From Malacoraja senta (taxonomy: Eukaryota), in the NCBI GenBank assembly GCA_038087875.1, contig JAXLNO010002050.1, positions 62,001 to 106,575 of the forward strand: DNA of 44,575 bases, read 5' to 3'. Positions 1-10,350 of the stretch are shown one piece after another (the first letter of the stretch is position 1; each line of letters opens with the position of its first letter). Under the pieces are notes generated by a model. The model was not told the DNA's origin and did not search any database. It worked only from the letters and a program-made list of their open reading frames with translations. A program made the translations under genes and the position numbers.

Positions 1-1523
1 TTAATAATATAATTTGTTTAATGTGTAACCGAAGAGGTAACAAAAAGCAATGTTTTCAGCAATAATTAATCATGAATGAATGATACTTTATTGTGACATG
101 TGACAAGTCACAGTGAAAGTCTTTGTTTTGTAAACCCAACGTATGTCAAGATTCTTCACATAAAGGGCACCGACAAAGTTATAAAGTCTCCCACACCAGG
201 TCCTCCTTTGTCCCCCCCCCACCCCCCACCTCACCATGGTTCCCCCACGCCTAGTCCTGCTTTGTTCAATGGTACACTACGAATGTCATTGAATTAACAC
301 AGTAATGGTGATAGGACTTATTGATTTACAATACAAAACATGTCCAATTGCAAATTATATGGATATACAAGTGTGGTGCAGACGGATTTGGACAGCTTAC
401 TTTACAATTGGTGCCCAAGATAATTTAGAGATATAGCACGAAAACAGCCCTTAGAGTCCACAGTGACCAGTGATCCCCTTTGGCATACAGGCTTGGAGTG
501 TGGGGGGAAACCGGAGCATCCGGGGAAATCCCACGCAGGTCACGGGGAGTACGTACAAACTCTGTACAGACAGCACCTGAGGCCAGGATCAACCCTGGGT
601 CTCTGGCACTACGGCAGCATCACTACGGCTGAACCACAATGACATTTAGGTTATCCTTTAAATATTTCACACAACTTTTCATTCAAAATTTGTCAATAAA
701 AGTAAAAACAATTGGTGAGGCACGCAAGGGATTTTAACCATTCAAAAAGCCACCAACATTTCAATGATTTGTAAAATGCTGGAACACACAGCAAGTTCAA
801 CAGAACCTATGGAAAGAGAAACAAAATTAATGCTTCAGAATTGTGAGAATGTGTAAGTTACAGACAGGAGTGGGAGGCATGGTTGGACATAGCGGGTATC
901 ACTAATACGGTAATGACAGGTTTCCATGGTGATAAACTGACAATGAAGCCATCAGACAATGGCATTTTTGGTTTTTATTTCACATTTGCAGCATCTGCAG
1001 TTCTTAGGTTAGTGACTCAGCATGGAAACGGGCCATTCGGCCCACCAATTCCATGCCAACCATCGATCATCTTTCACACTAGTTCTATGTTATCCCAAAA
1101 TGGACACTAAATGCTGGAGTAAGTCAGGGGAGACACTCTGTGTGAGGAAGGGTCTTGACCTGAAAAGTCATCCATTCCTTGTATCCAAAGATGCTGCCTG
1201 TCCCGCTGAGTTACTCCAGCACATTGTGCCTATCTTTGCTGTAAACCAGCATCTTCAGTTCCTTCCTACACATCTATGTAATCCCACTTTCCTCACCCAT
1301 TCTCAGCACACAAGAGTAATTTACAGAGCCCAATTAACCTACAAACTCTCGTGTTTTCAAGATATGGGACGAAACCAGAGCAGCTGGAGGAAATATCTGT
1401 GGTCACAGGGAGAACGTGTAGTCAGGATCAAACCTGGGTCTCTGGCACAGCGAGAAATTTCTTTGAGATGTTTTTTTATGAACATTGATCTGACTCCAAA
1501 TGTATAGAAATGAATGAACTAAC

Positions 1524-1784
1524 TTGCTGTTTCGTTCTGCCTCCGCATCCATTCATCGACTTGCCCTTTGATGATTCCATGGAAACCAGTTTCAGAGACC
1601 GTATTTGTTACCCAGTAATTCCTGTCAAATGCAGCCGCCATCCATTTCTGTCTTGGAACTGTAATGACCATGTTTTTGTCATAATACTGTATCTCACAAC
1701 CATCCAGTTCACCCACGACACTATATTCTGGTAGATGAGTACCCCCGTGGTTCAGGGTGTAGTAATAGATCAGTGTGTGAGGCT
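1524..1784 (-). CDS. MHC class I-like heavy chain, alpha1-domain exon (261 bp, phase 1/1)
   Basis: Acceptor ttgtctttgtgtctag|AG and donor GCAA|gttagt. Translation (E)PHTLIYYYTLNHGGTHLPEYSVVGELDGCEIQYYDKNMVITVPRQKWMAAAFDRNYWVTNTVSETGFHGIIKGQVDEWMRRQNETA aligns by eye to class I alpha1 (H3, Y7, G26, W51, Y59/W60, R84, N86 sequon). No stops. Lineage not assignable without a search. Confidence 0.9.
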
Positions 1785-2157
1785 CTAGACACAAAGACAA
1801 TAATACAATTATTCTCAAGTAATAGACATTTCTATGGATAGGAAAGGTTTGGAGGGAAATCGGCAAAACACCAATCGGATTTACATTGCACTAAACATGA
1901 TATCATTTACCCTGTATCTATAGATAACATTACAATGACGGCTTCATTGTAATGTAGTCTTTTCACTGACTGGATAGCACACAAGAAACATTTTCACTGC
2001 AAAACAGTACACGTGACATTAATAATAAATTAAACTAAGCTAAAATATAGATAGGTGGGTAAAGGGTAGATGGGGCATCTTGGCTGGCATAGATAAGCTG
2101 GGCTGAAGGGCCTGTTTCTATGCTGTACATGATTCTAGATGTCAAGCTTACTTAGAT

Positions 2158-2456
2158 TATTTTAGTTTAGTTTAGAGATACAGTGTGGAAACAGGCCCTT
2201 CAGCACGAGTCGGCACAGATCCCCGCACATTAACACTATCCTACACACGAAGGACAATTTACATTTATATCAAGCCTATTAACCTACAAACCTGTACGTC
2301 TTTGGAGTGTGGGAGGAAACCGAAGATCTTGGCGAAAACCCACTGGTCATGGGGAGAATGTACAAACTCCGTACAGACAGCAGCCATAGTCAGGATCGGA
2401 CCCGGGGCTCTGACACTTTAAGGCAGCAACTCTATCGCTGCCCCACCATGTCGCCC
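2158..2456 (-). mobile_element. Same SINE family, reverse orientation (representative)
   Basis: (TTTAG)n tail then gagatacag..aaacaggcccttc. Other minus copies at about 430-645, 1300-1455, 9230-9525, 11232-11508, 15818-16125, 16195-16500, 26935-27182, 39905-40100 and 43913-44233. Confidence 0.85.
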
Positions 2457-3350
2457 TTACTGATCAACATTTGGAAATATGATATTCAGATATTCCACCC
2501 ACAAAGGGAAGTCACGGCAGTTATTTGGTTCACAGGCCACCATTTATTGCTCCATGTGTCGTTAAAGAGTAAAATCTAGGGGTAGGTATTGGAAATATCA
2601 GGAAGATGAAAAGAGATCAGGTCCCAAAATAGTTAGTATGGACAATGGGTCAAAGGGCTTGTTTCTGTGCTGCACTCTCTATGCTGCACTCTCAATTAGT
2701 TGCATCACATCATATTTATAAGTCGTAACCTTTAGTTGATTAGTCTAACAAGGGTTCATTCGCTCGTGTGTCAGACAAGGTGTAGCTCACTGTTGGCTTC
2801 TGTCGTCGTCCAACATGTTGACAGAATTGGTCGCCCGACGCGTCTCAGAGTGCATCGTGTCGTCGGTTCCGTGGATCGCCATTAGGAGGCTTCTGCATGA
2901 TCCCCCACAAAAGGGTGACACGGTGGAACAGCGGTAGAGTTACTGCCTTACAGCTCAAGAGACCGCCAGGTTCAATCCTGACCATGGGTGCTGTCTGTAT
3001 GGAGTTTTTACATTCTACCTGTGGGTTTTCCCTGGGTGCTCCAGCTTCCTCCCACACTCCAAAGATGAGTTTGTAGTTTAATAGGGTTTGGTAAAGATTA
3101 TAAATTGTTGCAAGTCTATAGGATATTGCTACTGTACGGGAATCGCTGTTCAGCGTGGACTTGGTGGGCTGAAGAGCCTGTTCCAATGCTATATATCTAT
3201 ATCATCTTCAGCTGCAATATACAGTAAGTTGTCCAAATCGGATTGCATCATGCCAGTACATCAAGAGCAGACTAAAAATATCAATGTAACATTTAACTTC
3301 TGCTTTGATATGACCTCCTTGTGACTTGTTCACCACATCCCCCTTTGTCA

Positions 3351-3360
3351 GGGATTTCCC
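3351..3360. promoter_or_regulatory. NF-kB consensus site GGGATTTCCC abutting a CCAAT/ATTGG box
   Basis: Exact GGGRNWYYCC match in non-repeat DNA about 1.6 kb upstream (minus strand) of the alpha1 exon. Function is unproven. Confidence 0.3.
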
Positions 3361-3887
3361 CAATCATCTCACTGGAGAGGCCCCACATTCACACTTACTC
3401 AAATACCACACATTTCCTGTTAGACTAGTTTTTCAACTGTTTACTCTCACAGTCTGCCCTGTGAACATGCAGAAATTAACATCACAAAACATCAGGATTG
3501 AACAACTCATTATCAACCTTAGACACAAAGTGCTAAAGTAACTCAGCGAGACCGGCAGCATCTCTGGAGAAAAGGCTGGATGACACTTCGTGTCAGGACC
3601 CTACTTCAGTCTCAAGCAGGGTTAGTCTGAAGAAGGGTCCCAACCCGATACATCAGTCTGAAGAAGGATCCCAACCTGAAGCTTCACCCAGCATCACCCA
3701 TCCTTTATCTACAGAGATGCTGTAGAACACCTCTGACCCGTTGAGTTACTCCAGCACTTTGTGACTCTCTTTGGTACAAACCAGCATCTGCAGTTCGTTG
3801 TTTCTACATCATTATCTATCTCTTTGAGAAAGCGTTCCCATAGAATTTGCATCCTAACAAAATAAGATCACACAAAGTTACCAATAA

Positions 3888-4212
3888 GGGCGGCACAGTG
3901 GCACAGTGGTAGAGTTGCTGCCTTACAGTGTTTGCAGTGCCAGAGGCCCGGTTTCAATCCTGACTATGGGTGCTGTCTGTACGGAGTTAGTACGTTCTCC
4001 CTGTGACCTGTGTGGATTTTCGCTGAGATCTTCGATTTCCTCCCACACTCCAAAGACGTGCAGGAATGTAGGTTAATTGGCTTGATGCATATGTCAAATT
4101 GTCCCTCGTGTGCATAGGATAGTATTAGTGTGCGGGTTAGTCGCTGGTCGGTGCAGACTCGGTGGGCCGAAAGGCCTGTTTCCACGCTGTGTATCTAAGC
4201 TAAAAAACTAAA
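3888..4212 (+). mobile_element. tRNA-derived SINE (HE1/V-SINE-like), representative full copy
   Basis: A-box-like GGCACAGTGGCACAGTGG, B-box-like GGTTTCAATCC, core ggtgctgtctgtacggag..ttcctcccacactccaaagac and a (CTAAA)n tail. Other plus copies at about 2911-3200, 8378-8737, 16670-16900, 17412-17702 and 26668-26875. Confidence 0.85.
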
Positions 4213-4662
4213 GAACCTATTTTACATAACTCACTTCCTTTGGTTCAGGCAGTGTTCTCTCTGGTGTAGACTGCTTGAGCCATTTTCAGTGCTTATTCTG
4301 GCTAATAGAGATAGCAACATGAAAACCACAGAAAGAATCTTAAAATAAACTGAATCCTGCAGCATATAAACAGGCCCATTTGCCCAATCTTGTCTATGCT
4401 GACCGAGATGTTTATCTACAATTACATGAATTACGCACATATCCCTCCCTGACTTTCCTACCAAAAGTCCAAATGCTTTATAGACATTGTGATTATATCT
4501 GCCTCTACCATCTCCCCTGCAGCTCATTCCAAATAACTACTGCGGTGAGAAACGTCTGCTCAGATCCCCTTGACATTTCTCTCCCATCACCTTAAACCTC
4601 CAGTTCTAGTCTCCACTGCCCTGGAAAAGAGACAGTTATTCTCTATACTATCTATACCCCAA

Positions 4663-5092
4663 AGATAGACACAAAATGCTGGAGTAACTCAGCAGGGCAG
4701 GCAGTATTTATGGAGAGAAGGAATGGATGATGTTTAGAAACGTCACTCATTCCTTCCCTCCAAAGATGCTGCCTGTCCTGCTGAGTTACTCCAGCATTTT
4801 ATGTCTGTCTTCGGTGTAAACCAACATCTGTTAATCCTTCCTGAAGAAGGATGTCGACCCGAAATGTCACCCATTCCTTCTCTCCAGTGATGCTGCCTGT
4901 CCCACTGAGTTACTCCAGCATTTTACATCTGTCTTCGGTGTAAACCAGCATCTGTAGATCCTTCCTGAAGAAGGGACTCAACCCAAAATATCACCTATTC
5001 CTTCTCTCCAGTGATGCTTCCTGTCTCACTGAGTTACTCCAGCTTTTTGTGTCTTTCTTCTGTTTAAACCAGCATCTGCAGTTCCTTCTGAC
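4663..5092 (+). repeat. Cluster of Penelope-type short repeats: one inverted copy plus about three tandem 124-bp units, with decayed hammerhead cores
   Basis: CTGAAGAAGG recurs at 4841 and 4965 (124-bp period); gatgctgcctgtcc..ctgagttactccagc is repeated. Confidence 0.8.
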
Positions 5093-5399
5093 ACTATCTA
5101 TAGCCCTCATTATTTCACTCCTGCATTCTAGTGAGAATAAATGCAGCCTATCCAATCTCTTCACATAACACCAGACCTCTATTCCAGGCAACAACCTGGC
5201 AAAACCCTTCTGCACTACTTTTGATGCCATCACATCCTTTTTAGTTTAGAGATACATTGCAGAAACAGGTCCTTCGGCCCACGCCAACCAGTGATCCCCA
5301 CACAGTAACGTTAGTAGAGGAGCGACCAGAACTCTACACAATACTCCATGTGCAGCCTAACCAATGTTTTGTTTGATTTCTCAACTCTTATACTTGATG

Positions 5400-5995
5400 C
5401 CAGAGTCTATTCAGTTATACAGGGCCCTGGTGAGACTGCACCTGGAGTATTTTGTGCAGTCTTGGTCACCTAGTTTGAAGAAGGACATTCTTGCTATTGA
5501 AGAAGTGCAGCAAAGTTCACCAGGTTAATTCCCGGGATGGCGGGACTGACATATGATACAAGAATGAATCGACTGGGCTTATATTCACTGGAATTCAGAA
5601 GGGTGAGAGGGGATCAGATAGAAACAGAAAACTAATAAGGGATTTGACAGACTAGATGCAGGAAAAATATTCTCAATGTTGGGGGAGTCCAGAACCAGGG
5701 GTCACAGTTTACGAATAAGGGGTAGGCCATTTAGGATTGAGATGGGGAAAAACCTTTTCACCCAGAGTGTTGTGAATCTGTGGAATTCTCTGCCACAGAA
5801 GGCAGCGGAGACCAATTCACTGAATGTATTCAAGAGAGAGTTAGCTCTTAGGGTTAACGGAATCAAGGGATATGGGGAGAAAGCAGGAACAGGGTACTGA
5901 TTCTGGTTGATCAGCCATGACCATATTGAATGGTGGTGCTGGCTTGAAGGGCCAAATGGCCTACTCCTGCACCAATTTTATATGTTTCTATGTCT
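5400..5995 (+). mobile_element. CR1-clade LINE 3' end (HER1-like)
   Basis: TRGHSLRI..FTQSVVNLWNSLP motif and a ctatgtttctatg tail. Further copies at about 8765-9055(+), 17703-17880(+), 39250-39532(-) and 39560-39880(+); degenerate reverse pieces at 5996-6330, 18430-18662, 19307-19590, 27690-28333, 28977-29060 and 36340-36520. Confidence 0.85.
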
Positions 5996-6788
5996 AAGTG
6001 GACAAACATGCCAAAGTGCATTTTTTGCTTTCCTGTCTACCCTTGTCGGCGTTTTCAGGTAACTATGAACTTGCAACCCAAGGACACTCTGTATATTATC
6101 ACCCCTCAGGTTCTTACCGTTTATGTCCTACCAGAACATGACATGCCGACACGCACAACTTCACACATGTCTGGATTACATTCCTTCTGCTATTGCTCCA
6201 TCCAGCTCTCTAGCTAATCTGTATCCCACTGGATCCATAGACAACCTTCTTCAATGTACATGTCATCTGCAAACCTACTAATCAAACCACCAATATTCAT
6301 ATCCACATCATATATACTATTCACTGCAAAACACAAAGGGCTGCAGAGACTCAGCAGGTCAGGTAATATCTGGAGGGATTTTATCCCATCCAAAAATAAA
6401 CATTATTCAGAATAATGAAATATATACAAAACAAGAACAGGGCAAAAAACTTTTCTGCCATTCTCAGTGTCCAGGTGATAAGACATAAAATGCTGGAGTA
6501 ACTCAGTGGGACAGGCAGCATCTCTGGAGAGAAGGAATGGGTGACTTTTCAGGTCGAGATTCTTCTTCAGACTAGTTGGGGATAAGGGAAACAAGAGATA
6601 TAGACAATGATGTAGAGAGATAAAGAACAATGAATGAAAGATATGCAAAAAAGTAACGATGATAAAGGAAACAGGCCATTGTAAGTTATTTGTTGGGTGA
6701 AAACGAGAAGCTGGTGCGACTAGAGAACAGATTTTGATAAATAGACGGGTGGAGTAAGTGGCAACGGCTAGAGGTGAAAAGGTGACAA

Positions 6789-6826
6789 AGTGTCTGAAGA
6801 AGGGTCTCGACCAGAAACATCACCCT
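6789..6826 (+). ncRNA. Minimal type I hammerhead ribozyme-like motif (degenerate)
   Basis: AGUGU-CUGAAGA-A-GGGUCUCGACCA-GAAAC-AUC-ACCCU: core CUGANGA, hairpin stem II, GAAA, NUH triplet, 4/5-bp stem I. Has mismatches, so activity is doubtful. Confidence 0.5.
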
Positions 6827-7435
6827 TTCCTTCTCTCCAGAGATCCTGCCTGTCCCGCTGAGTTACTCCAGCTTTTTGTGTCTTATCACCTGTAACACTT
6901 GCCAGGCTTTGTCCCAGCCCCGCCTCTCTTTTTCAGCTTTCTATTACAATCAGTCTGAAGAAGTGTCTGACCCAAAACATCATCTGTCCATTCCAGACTG
7001 CAGGAGTACGTGCTGAGGGACTCACTGGAGAGTTTTAATCAGCATCAGCAGTTCCTTCCTGTACATCCTGCCTTGTGCAGCATTGTTCTGTGTCTCCAAA
7101 TAGAGTGTAAATAAAACCTGGCATCCTCTGTGCCATTTAAATTAATTATGATTGATGTATATTTTTATTCCATGCAATCCTACAAAGTATCCCACAAATA
7201 CACCACTCGGCAGCATTCAGTGGATGGTGCCTGAGGCAAGGCAGCTCTTTGAACTAGTTCATGGATCACATTTGTATTCTTTTTACATTGTCTTTTACAA
7301 TTTAGTTGACCAATTAGTTTAAATCTTTTTCCCCCAAGTTACTGAACTTTTTCCACAGGAAGTACTTTTTTATGGCCCATTCTAGTGAGAATATTGATGA
7401 CTGAAAAATAAGAAAACTGTTCTACTGTACTCACT

Positions 7436-8360
7436 ATATACTCATGACTGCGTAGCCAGACATAGTCCGAACTCCATCATCAAGTTCGCCGACGACACCA
7501 CTGTTGTGTGACGAATCACTGATGGTGATGAGTCAGAGTATATTAGTGAGATCGACCGATTGACCAAATGGTGCCAGCACAATAACCTGGCCCTCAACAC
7601 CAGTAAAACCAAGGAACTGATTGTGGACTTTGCAAGAGGTAGGATAGGAACCCACAATCCCGCTTATATCCCGGGACGATGGTGGAAAGGGTCAAGAACT
7701 TCAAATTCCTGGGCGTGCATATTTCCGAAGATCTTTCCAGGTCCCAGCACACTGATGCAATTATAAAGAAGGCACATCAGCGCCTCTACTTCCTGAGAAG
7801 ATTACGGAAAGTTGGTATGTCAAGGAAGTCTCTCTCGGACTTCTACAGGTGCACAGTAGAGAGCAAACTGACTGGTTGCATCGTGGCTTGGCTCGGCAAC
7901 TTGAACGTCCAGGAGCGGAAAAGAATGAAGAAAGTTGTGACCACTGCTCAGTCCATCTTCGGCTCTGACCTCCCTTCCATCGAAGGGATCCATCGCAGTC
8001 GCTGCCTCAAAATGGCTGCCAACATCATCAAAGACCCGCACCATCCTGGCCACACACTCATCTCTCCATTGCCATCGGGAAGAAGGTACAGGAGCTTGAA
8101 ATTTGGAACATCCAGGTTCAAGAACAGCTTCTTCCCCACAGCCATCAGGCTATTAAACACGACATCAAACAAACTCTGAACAATAACAGCCTATTGCACT
8201 TTATCTGTTTACTTATTGTGTATATATATATATATGGTCTATGGTATATAGACACACTGAACTTTTATCTCTGTATTATGTTTACATATTCTGTTGTGCT
8301 GCAGCAGGCAAGAATTCATTGTCCTATCTGGGACACATGACAATAAAACTCTCTTGACTT
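7436..8360 (+). mobile_element. Rex1/Babar-like LINE 3' fragment
   Basis: IKFADDTTVV, then ORF 7679-8179 (FKFLGVHIS..QRLYFLRRL..LPSGRRYRS..RFKNSFFPTAIRLLN) and a hairpin + GACAATAAA + (CTTGA) tail. Confidence 0.85.
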
Positions 8361-9639
8361 TTGGGCAGCACTATTATGGGTGGCACGGTGCAGTAGAGGT
8401 AGAGTGACTGCCTCACAGTGCCAGAGACCCAGGTTCTGTAGACCTGGTAGAGTGACTGCCTCACAGTGCCAGAGACCCGGGTTCGATCCTAACTATAGGT
8501 GCTGTCTGTATGGAGTTTGTACGTTCTCCCTGTGACCTGCATGGGTTTTCTCCAAGACCTTTGATTTCCTCCCACACTCCAAAGATGTACATGTTTATAG
8601 GTTAATGGGCTTGGTGTAAATATTAAATTGTCCCAAGTTTGTGTGTAGGGTAGCGTTAAGGTGTGGGAATCGCTGTCCGGTGCAGACTCGGTGGGCCAAA
8701 TGGCCTGTTTCTGCTCTATATCTCTAAACTAAACTATTAACGTGTGTATATCAAATCACTGAGGAGAATAAAGTCATCGAACACAGAAACTTGCGTCATA
8801 GTTTAAAAATAAACAGTAGACCATTTAGGAATGAGATAAGGAAAAACGTTTTCACCCAGAGAGTTGTATATCTGTGGTATTCTCTGCCACAGAAGGCAGT
8901 GGAGGCCAATTCACTGGATGTTTTCAAGATAGAGTTAGATTTAGCTCTTAGGGCTAATGGAATCAAGGAATATGGGTAAAAAGCAGGAACGCAGTACTGA
9001 TTTTGGATGATCAGCTATGATCATATTCAATCTGGCATTGCAAAGCTGGCTCGAAGTGCAGGTCTGTGCAGGTCAAGTGTTTTTTTGCAGAGAGAGCTTG
9101 ATACCTAGAATGCACTACCAGGAGTGGTGGTAGAGGAGGACATGATAATGGTGCTTAAGAAGGTTTTGGACAGGCTTGTGGTTATGCAGGGAATACAAGG
9201 ATATGGATCACATGCAGGCAGTGGAGATGAGTTTTGGTTTAGTTTAGAGATAGAGTATGGAAACAGGAACTTTGGGCCACTGAGTCTGCACTGACCAGCA
9301 ATTGCCCATTCACTATTTCTGTCCGACAAGCTAGGGACAATTTACAGAAGCCAATTAACCTGCATGTCTTTTGTATTTGGGAGGAAACCGGAGCCCCCAG
9401 AGAAAACCCACAGGGTGACAGAGAGAACGTACAAACTCCGTCCAGACAGCACTCTAGTCAGGATTGAACCCGGGTCTCTAATGCTGTAAGACAGCCACTC
9501 TATCACAGTGCCTCTGTGTTGCCTTAGTTTAACTTGGTATCCTGTTCCACATGGACATTGCAGGCTGAAAGTCCTGTTCTTGTACTGTTCTATGTTCTAT
9601 ATATTCTCATTGGACAGGGCAGGGATATGTTTTCCACTC

Positions 9640-10350
9640 CTCCAGCCTCCATGCTGAATACTTACTCCCAGTTTAAATCTGATTCAATTAGTCAATCCAT
9701 TTCTCCCTCCGCTCCTGCCCTGATCCCCATTCTATATCTTGAAGTAGTCATTCCCTTTTTCGCTCCCTGGTCTGTCTACTATCCCCACAACTTTCCTCTA
9801 CTTTCCTGTCTTGGTGCAAGCAACATCTATCCATTTACCACTTTCCATAGACCCAGGCAGTTCTTCAAAGTGAAACAGCGTGAAACACTTGGACTTCCAG
9901 TCAAATCTACTGCATTTGGTTTTCATGACGTAATCTTCCACATTGCATCAATGAAACAAATAGAATGGCTGCTTTCTGGAGAACCCGCATTCAATCCATG
10001 GAACTTTCTAAGATTCCTAATTCCTGCCACTTTAATTCTCCATTCAACACCCACCATGATCCATCCATCTGTACCTCTTACACTAGGATAACAAGGGTGA
10101 AAGTAACCTTGAGGACCAACAACTCAGCTTCTGTCTGGACATGTTGCAGCCTTTCAAACTCAATTCCACATTCAACAAGTTGCATTCCCTGTCGATAAAA
10201 GAACTGGTCATTTCAACTGTTAAGTTGAAGTCAGAAAGAACAGATGCAAGAAGTATGAAGCAGGATCCCAAGCTGAAAGATTACATAACCATGTCTTCCA
10301 GATGCTGCCTGAGCCACTGAGTTACACCTGCACGTTTTTGTGTGTTTTTA
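9640..10350 (+). mobile_element. Degenerate Penelope-like element 3' region (GIY-YIG remnant) with adjacent terminal repeat
   Basis: RPRQFFKVKQ.. and the following DNA resemble the QVRQRFTC..YCIRC..YIGETKR region of vertebrate Penelope elements. Heavily decayed; recognised by eye. Confidence 0.45.

Noticed and set aside
1785-1866. In-frame upstream extension MPISLQTFPIHRNVYYLRIIVLLSLCL as a fused signal peptide
   Set aside because: The hydrophobic codons coincide with the polypyrimidine tract of a good acceptor, the listed start is not ATG, and class I leaders are normally separate exons.
3888-3965. tRNA gene
   Set aside because: The tRNA-like head continues into the SINE core and tail; no complete cloverleaf.
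4663-5092. CRISPR-like array
   Set aside because: Eukaryotic context, whole units are repeated with no unique spacers, and there are no cas genes.
6008-6058. Plus-strand leader exon ATGCCAAAG...CAG|gtaact
   Set aside because: Sits within a reversed CR1 fragment and the peptide is not a convincing signal sequence.
7679-8179. Host gene (such ORFs are often mis-annotated as ALKBH8-like/DUF1891)
   Set aside because: It is the C-terminus of a LINE ORF2, preceded by the FADD RT motif and followed by a LINE tail.
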